Positions 1 to 11,428 of a stretch of DNA of 64,000 bases are shown piece by piece (the first letter of the stretch is position 1; every line of letters starts with the position of its first letter). Source of the stretch: Zygnema circumcarinatum SAG 698-1b (lineage: Eukaryota; Plantae; Zygnematophyceae); assembly GCA_037447605.1 (NCBI GenBank), contig CM074806.1, forward strand, positions 930,001 to 994,000, read 5' to 3'. The notes beneath the pieces are model-generated. The model saw nothing but the letters and a program-made list of their open reading frames with translations, searched no databases and was not told where the DNA came from. The translations under genes were made by a program, and so were the position numbers.

Positions 1-37
1 TCGATCCAATGAAACGCACAACCAATCAGAACGCGCG

Positions 38-784
38 ACGTGGCAACGTCAGACTCGCGGCAACTATACCCCCTTTTCATTAAATTAATCTTTCACAACA
101 TAATCGAACCCGTCGTACGGATCAAAACGATGACAAAGCTTTTGCCTACGGCAACGCAAAAACGCGAAATATTGTACATGGAGGACCTGGGCCAATCACA
201 ATTTGCTACGTCATATATGTGGACACGTGGCAGTTGGTTTGCCCATCATCATCAGCATCACGATCATTTGGTTTGGTGATTGGCTTCCAGTTTTCCACAG
301 GCTGGAGTCCAGCTCACAGTTTTGCGGAGATCTCGGGCCGAGGGACGCGCGCACTCGCAAGTACGAGGTGGACGGATCTTAAAAAAAAAACCAAGGGGGC
401 GGGATATCTAAAATGGGGGGGGGGCGGGTTGTCATTCTCCTTCCAAAGGTGCTATAATTTGAAATGTGAATCTTCAATATGAGCATGGGAGCAGTCCATG
501 TGCATGCATGCATGCAGGCCATGCATGTGTGTATGCATGCATGCATGCGATGGCGCGGGGACACATGGCGCAAAGGAGCGCTCGTTCACCTTCCAAATTT
601 GCCCTGCAGCACCGCATGTTGGTGCACGAGAAACACGGTGGCCCCGTAAGCTGGAACTGCCAACGGGCCAATGCTGCCACATCCCTCCATGGAACGCCGC
701 CCTCCGTGGGTTCCATGGCGGCAAGGCCGCCCCCTCTAAATGGGACTCCGTCCACATAGGCTCTCATCCGCGAGCGGACGTGGC
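38..784 (+). promoter_or_regulatory. Upstream region of OxR-like gene 1 with three ABRE (ACGTGGC) sites, an RY (CATGCA) array and CCAAT boxes
   Basis: ACGTGGC at 38-44, 225-231 and 778-784; near-continuous CATG/CATGCA repeats at 497-548; CCAAT near 6, 22 and 192; G10 tract at 415-424. Confidence 0.55.
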
Positions 785-1109
785 GCCACAGAGCTCACCT
801 GTGTCGTGCGTCCCCTGCGTCCGTCAGAGTGTCCTTGACGACCTCCAAGAGCATACGTTGTGAAGTCGGTCGCTTGCTTTTTCCAAAAAGGCCGCGTTTA
901 ATATCTTGTGCGTAGGCTCCTCTAGGCTTTGCTTCGAGCTCACCTTTTCGTTGGTTGTCGTTTTTTGAAGGCAGAGAGCGGTACTGGGTGTGATACTGTG
1001 CTGCTTGTATCTGAAACTTTCGACCTTTTTTACAGCAGGAGCTTCGTTTCTTCTTTTTTAAAAAGTTCCAGAAATTGGCTATTTCTTACATCTGCAGGGA
1101 AAAGCAACC

Positions 1110-3075
1110 ATGGCTTCATTGCTCTTTCAGCAAGCAGTTGTCGCTCCGTCTTCATTTGTAACGCAGCGTTTCCACCATGGCTTCTGTCCTTGTCGTGCTC
1201 CCGCCCTGGCTTTGAGGAAGAAGACCATCTCAACAATCGGTTTGAATGCTGTTCGAGCAAGCGAAGAAAGTGAAGCAAATCCTAAGGAGGATCTCACGAA
1301 ACAAAGGTAGAATTGCGTCAAACAAATTGAAAGAAACCTTCAAGTATGAAGGATGTTCTATTCAGTAATCAAGTGTCTGGCGCTGGCTCTTTGAATAATT
1401 GTGTTAAATCAGTCTGAAATTGCTTCCCTGCTGACCGCTTTATCCAGTGTTGCTCTGCGTTGGACAAGCTGACGCTGCCTTTGTTTATCGGTCGGATGCG
1501 TTTGTCGCCGCTTGTGTGATGTTTTGCCTGTACGTCATCATCGCCTTGTTTTCTTTTTTTGGAGATTCTGTATGTTAGAGTGCAGCTAAACTTCAATTGA
1601 AGTCTCCTGAGCCATAGAAACTGCTTTTGTTGGCTTCAGCTTACGATCTCCCGAGAGGAATTATCGACTTAACGTCATTGGTTAAAAAAAATATCCAGCA
1701 TGAATTTAAAATGTTCAAGGTCTTCTTCTTATGTCCTTGTTGTACTGCAGTTTTGAAGACGCTATTATTGTTGCAGTCAGTTTAGTAAAGGCTTGAGATT
1801 TGTTTCTAGGAGGATAGCCAAAATCACCTCTCTGGTCGACACTGTTCGGGTTACTTGTCTGCTTATATCAACAGCTTACCATAAACTAGTAATTCTCTTA
1901 CGAGCAAATTAGAATATAAATTTGCAGTGCACGTACAACATCAGAGCAGTACCGAAAAAAAGTATGAATTGAAATTCTTCTGGCGTCGCATAGGCTGCTG
2001 GCTTCGTGCATCTTTCATTTTTTTATGGCGAGTTCACCTGAGAATGAGCTGCGGAATCGAGCATTCTGAAAAGCGCATCTGAAAGCCTTGCTACCTGCAT
2101 ATATGTGGAGTCTGCGTTCTTTCTAAACTGTTATCATTCTCTCTTTGCACAGTAACCTTTGCTTCCAACACTAGTCGAGTGGGCCACACCCGGCCCCAGC
2201 ATTTCGCCAGTGGTCTTTGCAAAGTCAACCGGGCTGTCATTCTCAGAGCACACGTGTAGCAATAAGTCTCTCCAAGATGGCTGACGGGGTTTCTCTTTGC
2301 TGCTCATGTTTGGCAGCATCAAAGAAAGCTGCAATGGTGGAATTCAGAGAATGACTTCTGTTGCAGTGGCTCTTCTAGCAGCTGGCACACTTTTGATGAT
2401 GCCAGCTGGCGATGCCCTTGCTGCAAAGTCAGGAGGGCGCGTTGGTGGTTCCGCTTTTCGATCCTCTCCTCCACCATCAAGATCTGCTCCACGTCCGCCT
2501 CCTCAAGTCAACAGGTCAAGGTACAATTCTGCCACTCTTTATGAAACTGTGAGGACACCTGCACGTGTTGAAGTGGTCAATTTTGTGAAGGACTGTGATT
2601 TCTGCCTTGCCATTCATAAATCTAAGCATTTAGAAAGGACCGATCAATAGATAGAGGCAAAGCCATTTATTCGTGAAGCCTTCAAATGCTGGCAAGTCCA
2701 GGCAGTCACAGAAGCTATCCTCTCATTAAGATAGCCTGTTGTGAGAAAACTTTTCTGGATTGGTTGACAGTCTGAACATGAACCGAGGCATACCATTTGT
2801 CTGACTATGAACCTTGGGACTGCTGCAGGACAAGTGTATATATTAGTCCGCCAGTGATTGCACCTCCCATTTTTGGCTATGCTCCAACCCCGTTCTTTGG
2901 AGGATTTTCCCCTTTCTCTCCTTCCTATGGTGGATACTCGTATGGCCCTACTGTCGCAGTTACCGGGGGAGGCGGCGGCCTGTTTTCGTTTCTGTTTTTC
3001 TTTGTGATTGCTGGTGTGGTCTTCAACGTTATTCGCAGCCTTTTTAGAGGACCACGGGATGACGATTATGATTGA
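1110..3075 (+). CDS. At5g57345/OxR-like small plastid-type membrane protein (SGGRVGGSAFR motif as in the DUF1517/FLAP1 N-terminus), copy 1, 215 aa
   Basis: Exons 1110-1306, 2317-2520, 2829-3075 join in frame (both introns phase 2, GT-AG; 648 nt). Protein has transit-peptide-like exon 1, then AVALLAAG...DALAAKSGGRVGGSAFRS, Pro/Gly/Tyr-rich linker, one C-terminal TM helix and an acidic tail (RDDDYD). Confidence 0.8.
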
Positions 3076-3849
3076 AGCACCCTTTGACTCTGTTTTTGGC
3101 ATCTGCGGAAAATTTGTTTATCCGAGTTGACAGGGGAATGCCTTTTTTTCTCCATCAGGAGTTTCACGAGTGGTTTACAAGTGGCTTACAGCGCCTGTTT
3201 TGTTTGGCCACTTGTTTTTTTCGGGAGGTTGTGTTGCAACAGATAACGCTTTAGCGAACAGGAAAAAAAATTGAAATTTTGACGAAACTTCCCGTGTGTG
3301 AAATACTATACTTTAGGGTCAGTTAAACCGTGTCTAGCAAAGTAGGGGGTGTCGATTCTATAATGTCTGAGTATTCCGTAGAGTCGTTCCCTTCATACGC
3401 AATGTTAAGAGTGGTTTATGATTTCACATGTTCGTGTTGCTTTCGAACTCGCTTGGTACTTGCTGACCTTCCCCTTCGTCCTTGTCTCCCTTTCACTATC
3501 CTTCTCCTATCTCCTCAGATCTCCATCTCCTCCTTCCATCTTCCCTCGCCTTCGCTTTCTTTTCCACTTCGGGCTTTACCCTGTCATTGCCGTTCATCTC
3601 ATCCTTCATTTCCCCTCATCCCATCCATAAAGCAAAGCCCCTGTCCAGCAATACATTTTTATTCGTCTTTCCGAGAAATGGGTGCAAGTGATAACAGGAA
3701 GCGAATGGCAGGCTTGCCTGACTACAGAAGCTCCCTTTCTGATTGGTGCTTGAGACTGACCTGGGATACCGATTCAACCTAAGGTCGGTATTTCGGAAAA
3801 AGACAACGAGCTGTGAACTCGGATCGACTGCAGAGTTGTGTGCTACCCC

Positions 3850-6800
3850 TTACGCAGCTTTGGCTAACTCCATGAAAACTCTTCCTCTGTGCTCAAAGTT
3901 GGAAAACTCATCAAAACTTGCGCAGGCGGGACTGAGCAGCACAATGTCACCTGCACGCATCCAAAACCACCAAACCATAATTAATGATAATTCATCAGCA
4001 AAGGCGACCGCGCACTAGGAGGAGGGAGGACGAGCGGTTAAAACCCTCCTCTAATCTTCATCCAGCCATGGCTGCCTCACCTGGAAGGGCCCGGCTGACT
4101 GCAGCAGCAACAGCATCAGCCATAGCTGCTCTGCGTTCCAAAGGGATTGCGAGCCCCGCCTTCTCCAGCTCGTCTGCTATGGCTCCTCCTGAGGCACCAA
4201 ACTGATGCCAAGCAAAAGCATATAACCGCGTGAAACGTTATAGAGGACTTGCATGAAAGTTCTATGGGATCATAATGAATCTTGCTCCCAGGCCAAACAC
4301 CCCTTCCAGTGCCCCGTGCTTGTGAAACAGCCATGGAATTCCACCTTCTAGTCACTCACCGTTATGACCGCTCTATGCTGTTTCAAAGATTCTGACAACC
4401 GCTTGAAACCGAGATCCGAAGAACCTGCACTTGTCTGCAGAAAGAGCCATAGAGAAGAGCCGCTCAGGAAAATTTGGCAGTAGGGGAAGGAGGACGATGC
4501 CAAAGGAACACTTCATAAGGGAATAGAAAGAGCTTGTCCACATCAATGTCTCTGCCGAAATCGCGCTTTAAGGGTTTGCAGGCACCTTTGCAACACCGCC
4601 CAGCAGCACGACAGCTCTCCGACCAACAAGGCCCTGCAACGCGACTAAGGTCGCATCCACATTTGTGGCTTTACTGTCGTTGAGCCACAAAACAGACCTG
4701 CTGTCCTCACACACTGTCCCAATTCACTTTTGTCAGTCACGGCTTTATCTTCTTCCCTATTCTATCACTTCCCAGCGCAGACTATGGATTATGTGGATTC
4801 TGAAAGGGCAGAGAATACCCGAATCGACTAAGGCTGAGCTTTATCATTGTTCGCAAATATGATTTCGAATACTCAAGGAAGGGAGGAATTGTCTGAACTG
4901 CCAAAGCCAAGAAAGCAAGGTATGCAGGATTTCTTCTGCATGGCAAATTGATACCGGTAAACAGCCAGACAATCTTCGCATGTTTAAGGATATAGTTAGA
5001 TAGATAGTTAGATAGTATAGATAGTTCCGTATTCAATTCTTGAAAGCTAAGTCATCCTATGATGTATGGCAACTTGCCAGATTAAACTTATCAGGCAACG
5101 CTCAGAAAGGAATGCGCTTATCTGAAGCGTCACTTGGCTTCAATATGTTACTAAGTCTTGTTTCAGAATAATAAGCCAGCCAAAGATCACTAGTCTAGGT
5201 CATCATTGTTCGTTCCTCTCAACCTCCTCACAACGGATTTCCAGTCCATGGAAGAGACAATACTACTACTTCACCTACCTACTTCCATCCGGTGTGGCAA
5301 TGCTTGCAATGACGGGATGGCCTCCTGAAGCTGCTCCTCTCTAACGCCCACATCCAGAGCAAGAGCCAGCAGAGCAGCTGTGCTTGCATTGTACGCATTG
5401 TGACTTCCAACTGCCTTCAGTCCACTGAGATAAAGTCGAGCCTCTGCCCCTGTAGTAGGGACAACCACTACAGCTCTCCTCGCCTGCGAGTCAAGCTGAA
5501 GAGGCAGCAGAAAGAGAGAGCGGCAGAGAGTCAGGCAAAAAATAAAAGTGAGAAGTGAGGGAGAAGGGAAAATTATTGGACGTGGTTTTTGTACAAGGCT
5601 CGCACGTAACAATGCAAAGGCCTCAGACACAACTGGCAGTAAGGTCTGAGTTGGTTCGACCACTCCTGATCAGCACAGCTACTGCCTCTAAGCAATGCAA
5701 GCAGTCAAGTACCTGCACTCCAGGAACGCCCCCTACCCATGCCCGAGTCCCATTTCCACCCGCTTCAGCTGCTAAGCGCCGCAGAAGTGCATCAGCTGCA
5801 TATAGCGCACATACGAAACAAGTAATAGAACCTCTTTCCGCTTAGGTCAAGAATAAGCTCTTACTCAGGTGGCAGAGAGAATTTCACAGGTCAGAACAGT
5901 GACGAATGAGAGAGGAGTGCCAAGACACATTCTACGTCAAGGGCATATTTGGAACAGCCTTTCTCCTCTATATGCTTTCTTGGTTCAAATGGTTGGAATG
6001 CTTTCCCATCATTAGGACAGAATGCAGGAGTGGGTGACAATACACTAAGGTACATACCATGTGGGATGATTGCCAAGTCAGAAGGTTCCATATACTGAAA
6101 CATACGGCATTTTGCAGCTCCATACGCTTCCATACTTCCATGCCGCTCTTGGTGATCAAGGGTGAGGTTGATAATTACTGCTGCCTGACACATGAACCAT
6201 ATGGTCAACTTTATTCCATTCGTTGCCATGGAACTTTAGTCCACAATGCCAGCAACTACTCTTGCATGATTGAAACGCATGAGACAGATTGCTATACGAT
6301 GAATCCAACGGAAGAGATATAGTGAGAAGAATAAGCTACGCTCAATGGCTGGTGACCATAATGGAAGTCCTAAGCTTTAGCACTACGTATAAACTTCGCC
6401 CCTTGATGATAAATTTCAGTGACGTCAAAGCTATCCAAAGCACAATCAACCTATCAGTAGAAGGAAGGGAGGAGAGGCACCTTAGGACGAAATGATCCCG
6501 GAAGCTCCATCTGGTAACTACTGACCTCCACCACTGCGGCCTGCACCTCACCAAGCCAAAGCCTGAATGCTCGAACATTGCAGGGTTTCGAGGGTTTATA
6601 TCGCTCTGAAGTCAAAACTAACAACAAGAATTTAACTTCCAACGTCAGCCTAGAGGCGACTCATGCTATTGCACATGGCCGTCCGAATGATAACTGAAAA
6701 GCATGCTGCGAGAAATGTCAAGCCAACCACTTCCGAATGCCAACAATGTCGAGGCCGAATTTGTTTAAGTTATGGCTATTTCTAAACAAGGCATTGGTCG

Positions 6801-8985
6801 ATACAATGTAATTCAGGTTTCAAATGGCACTCTGTCAGTCTGCATCTCCAACACACCTCAAAGGGCGGATCATTGGAGGGGCTCTCCAGGCAAAGCAAGG
6901 CCGCTTCAGACAATGGTGTTCCCAGATTGCCTCCTACGAATGTGCGGAGACCCGAAGCTTGCAGGATCTAGCAGCGACCAGAGAACGCAAGGAGGAAAAC
7001 CATTAAAAACTGCCATAGACGCCGCCAGTTCGGGCCTTTTGCCTCATATGTTTGCTTACAGCATCCTGATCACATTCCCAGTAATTTTGGTTCAGCACTC
7101 CCAATTAGTGTATGTGGCACCCCCCCGGTCCTCAGTAAATAGACCTTGCTTTCGTGAGATAATGACAAATTGGGCTTGTGGATAGACCCACCTGGCCGGT
7201 GAAGGATGTCACAGTCGACTTGCCATTTGTGCCAGAAACCGCGGCGATAGGAATACTCCTTGGCATGACTTCAGCTGCAAAGGCCAGCTCAGACAGGGCA
7301 GGGACTCCCTGCCTTCCCCTCCAGCCACATGCTCGTTATATGCGCAGCAGAGCTTTGCACCTGCGTCCGGAGCTCCTTCCCCCAACTCCGCTCAGCCGGC
7401 AGGGCTAATTCATCAATTATTTTTTTGTGTCCCCTGCCGACTGCTGCATCATGCCAAGTATTTGTTGCTAAGGGCCTGCCTCTGCCTTTGCCCTTATTTG
7501 TGAGACTAGACAGGTTTTACTCAAACGCAGAGAAAAATGTATTTTCAGCTCCACTCTTGAACAATGAACAGAAGGCTTCCATTTATGTTGCCTGATTTTA
7601 GCACGTCAACTTCTCATTTGATTGCTGACGCTGGCTAATACCTCTCTCCTCAAATGGGACCAATTTTTGTCACAGAACAGGAAGAGTAGTTCTAATGAGT
7701 GGCGTCACCGTCAGGTACTGAGATTAGTGTGCTCACTGCTTTCCGTGCTGCTGCAATATCCGGTTGGGCAGCTGCCACCCCTGGAGAAAGCACAATTGAT
7801 GAGGCTTCCAGAAGGGTTAACGCTTTATGCGGCCCCAACTCTGTACGTACACGGCCCTCAGCTATACTGGCAAAGTTCAGATCACTCTGCCAAGCACCCA
7901 AACACCATTAAACCATTTAACTATCATTCTGAAGTTGTACTTTCTGTTCTTTGTACAATCAAATAATGCGGCTGGACATTGAGATTCACACATAAACATC
8001 AAGCTCTGCACGTGAGATGAAGCTCAAGTCAAGTCTCGCTGCAATAATTTGAAAGTCAGATGTCGCTTTGAGTTATCTGCATATAAGCTACTCACCTCCA
8101 AAGGAATAGCGGCTAGGTTGGTGTCCATTCCGACCACAGTTGCTGCCCCCCTGGCCAGCGCCAACCTAGCTGCTGCTCGGCCGGACTTACCCAAACCCAC
8201 CACCTACACTGCGAAGAGACGTCAGATAATGTTTGCCTCCCGTCACAGAACAAAAAGTATATATTAAGCTGTAGGAGGCCTGCCTGAGATGCTGTATAAG
8301 GCATATTCATGAAAGACAACAATTTTAGCACGCCGAAGATTGTAGATCAAGGAGGCATGGGCGCATAACATTGGCAGATTACAGAGGACATTCTTGCGAA
8401 GGAGAAGAAAGGAGGTTACTTGTCTCAAGGATGCTTAGTTGTACTTTCAAGAGAAAGTCAAAAGGCCTCACCACAACGGTTTGGCCCTCCAGATCTCCTT
8501 TAGCCACCACCTTTAGCTTTGACGGAGATACTGCTTCGCGTGTTAAACCTGTAGCACCATGCAGCACTAGTTGGGTTAAAATTGTGTGGACTTGAAGATA
8601 CCCACAAAGTCCATGCCTAACATGCTGTAAACAACATACCCAAAGCAGTTTGTTTTCTCCTGTGCTTGCTCCACAAATCCGTTCGTTCGGTCTTCCATAG
8701 TCCACCAAATAAGTCTAGATCTTGATTGTGCCCGAAGGCTTGCTTAAAATTCAGAGGTACGGTTCCACATAAGTGGGCCCGCACATGTTGTGACGAAGCC
8801 TTGCAGTATCTTTTGAAATGTTGAGGTGCTACACATTCCTTAAACGGTGGTTGTGCCAGTTGCAGGGCATCCTGGCCATTCACTCTGCGATCCGAAGAGA
8901 TGCGTTCATCAAAACGCACAGTAGAAATGCATGCTCTACATAGCAGGAAAGGAACGGCTAAAACCGGCATCCCAACATGGAACAT
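3850..8985 (-). CDS. murD: UDP-N-acetylmuramoyl-L-alanine--D-glutamate ligase (plastid peptidoglycan MurD), multi-exon; start codon tentative
   Basis: Spliced motifs in order: [14 protein letters not shown] (~8100-8200), IVLSPGV (~7780), [14 protein letters not shown]-loop (~7200-7260), [78 protein letters not shown] ending at TAA 3850-3852. N-terminal extension exon 8640-8985 has a phase-compatible G|GTATGT donor. Confidence 0.93.
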
Positions 8986-10395
8986 CACTGATGTGGTTTG
9001 CGATGTATAGATTTCAGCACGTTATGCGCGTCAAAGTACAGATTAACGATTATATTTCTTAAGCACATAAGCACTTAAGCACTAAGCACTTATTTCTTAA
9101 GTTCATTCATAAGTGATGGGCACCCTTAACAGCACCTGTTATTATTCTTTGACATTTTTTTGGCATCTCACAGGTGCATCTATTAACTGAATGTTAAAAC
9201 ACGAGATTAATATTCAGTAGTAAACCATTGCAGTGACACACATACATCAATGTGTGGTTGCAGAAACTAAAAACTATACTGTCGATCGGGCCAAAATAGT
9301 AAAGGAGTCCATCTAATCATAAAACCAAATTCAAATTCAACTATCAAGTCACTTTCCGACAGTTTCCAGATACGCAACGTTGGCTTGTTCCATCAAGGCA
9401 CAACTGAAAAACAATACGTATATTTTGGAGGCCTCCATTGAGAATTAGCATACATGACGGATTTATTTGTTTATATTTCATATCTATTGAGGATAAATGC
9501 AATGTGACACTCAAGCGAGGGTCATGCGAATCGTTTGAACCTACGACTACGCGTGTGATGATGCTCCGTCAGTTGACACATTTCATTCACATTGCAAATG
9601 CAAATTGCAAATTGCACGCAAGGCCCTTAAAAACTCAATTTCCCTTTGTCTTCCAAAATGTTCAATCTACGTCTGCATCTGTATCATGAATATGGCAATG
9701 GAGAACGTACCGGCCTAGCGACAATCTCTAAAACAGCCACGCCGCGAGTGACAGGAGCACGTCACAACAGCAAGAAACCAAGTTATGTCAGCAACAATCG
9801 GTAAATCTGAACTCCAAAAACTCTACCTCCAGTTTCAGCAACTCACGCTCATACTAACATTCATGTCTACATGTAGTAAGCGTTGAATGCGATCCAAGAC
9901 GAGCAGGTACAAGCTTTTAGGATTTTCTTTTTTATTTAAACAATCCCTACGGCCAGAAGACAGGCATTTCAATTTGAGGAATTCTGATTCAAGATTCTCA
10001 AGCTCCAGAAATTGTAAAGCCTGGACTCAGCACCACAAGTATGACAACCAGAACTTAATACTGCCGGAGTCTGAACCTAAGCCTAGTCAAATAAACAGAA
10101 ATAATCAAACACCATTCCCGTGAAGAAACTAACCTGCATAGTAGTACAGCCTTGAAAACAGTGAATCAGCAGCTCCAGAAGCAGCCCTGCCTCCCTCCAA
10201 CTGGCACTGCGGAGCCCTACTGATTCCCAGTCCCAGCCGCCGCACTTGGAACTCATTCTATGTAGTTCTATGTACCCCAGTCCCGCGTCTTTCTCCATTC
10301 CCTGTCGTGAAGGAATCATAGAACACCATGGAACATCTAACGAATTTGAGCGTCTAGTTTTCACATAGAACAGACCCAATGGCCATTCAGCAGCC

Positions 10396-10697
10396 GCCAC
10401 GTGCCCCTTTTCATCCTCGTTCTACCGCTACTCCGCCGACAAGGGAATTCAATGCGTGCCGACAGATCAAACGCCACGTGTCAGCGCGTGCCGCCGACGC
10501 CTCCCGCGTCACGGTGACACGGTCGCTCCGGCCGTGCCACGTGGCTGACCCGCCGCCGCTTGCCAGCTCCGCCCCCACGCAGTCCACGCTGGCTCTGGAT
10601 TGTCCCACGTGGCACGAGGATCCGCCCGTGCTTGGCCGCGTGGCACAAAGATCCGCCCGTACTTAACCACGTGGCAGATCTGGATCTCTCGCACGTG
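10396..10697. promoter_or_regulatory. G-box/ABRE cluster in the divergent promoter between murD and the orphan gene
   Basis: Six CACGTG hexamers in ~300 bp (10398, 10475, 10538, 10606, 10668, 10692), plus a 26-nt direct repeat (10608-10633 / 10639-10664, 3 mismatches). Confidence 0.65.
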
Positions 10698-10817
10698 TCT
10701 TCTCGAGCATCCAGAGCGCCTGCATAACTGCAATGCAAAAAAATCGCGCCGACGTCAACAGAAAATATTTACCATCTTGAGCCATTGAAATGGTAGGAAA
10801 GGTCTTATTACTTGGAA

Positions 10818-10859
10818 GGGGAGGGAAGGGAAGGGGAGGAAGGGAAGGGAAGCGAAGGG
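10818..10859 (+). repeat. (GGGAA)n-like G-run tract, putative G-quadruplex
   Basis: GGGG-A-GGG-AA-GGG-AA-GGGG followed by further GGG runs, in the presumed leader of the orphan gene. Confidence 0.6.
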
Positions 10860-11428
10860 TTGGCGGAGGGTACGCGGAGAGCTTGAATTGCCTTGCTTGC
10901 AATAAGCAGGGCGGCTGAGGGAGTGCAGGAGACTGCAAGAGCGGGTTTGAATCATAATATAGGTATGCTGCAGAATTGATTGAATGTTGCAGCATCGACG
11001 CTGTGGGACGAAGCTTTTGCGGGAGGCGGGTCATGTGAAGTGGAGAGGTTGCTTACTTGGAGGCAGAATTGACATTGAAAACAAAACAAGGATTAGCTTA
11101 CGTTTTCAAGTGTATCGCTTCCTTACGAAATGCAAAAACATAAATGTACAGAAGCTTGAAAATTCCTGTATGGATGTCGGCATATTTGGCTTGCTTGTAT
11201 GTGATGAGGTTTCTGGATCGAATGAGTGCTCAAGTTACAGTTATGTCCCAATGACCCTGGTTCCGATTGCAGAACCTGTAAGCAGTCCTAGTCATATTGC
11301 AGTTGCAATGTCGCTGTAGAGGTAGTATGCCCGGGTTATGTGCGATTCGAGTGTTGAAAATTCATACTATTTCTGTTTTCTATTGCTGGCTAAAATCCTT
11401 TTCCATTTCCTTGATCGCAGGTTTCGAG

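Noticed and set aside
3480-3625. Purine/pyrimidine-skewed stretch as a hidden coding exon
   Set aside because: Longest minus-strand reading is 37 codons with no homology; plus-strand ORFs are low-complexity Ser/Leu/Pro; most likely UTR between convergent genes.
3850-8985. murD as bacterial contamination or recent horizontal transfer
   Set aside because: Many spliceosomal introns, an N-terminal extension and plant flanking genes; consistent with the known endosymbiont-derived plastid pathway.
9061-9092. AAGCACT tandem, plus microsatellites at ~4990-5025, ~14185-14210, ~15051-15066 and ~39567-39600
   Set aside because: Ordinary short simple repeats in introns or UTRs with no further structure.
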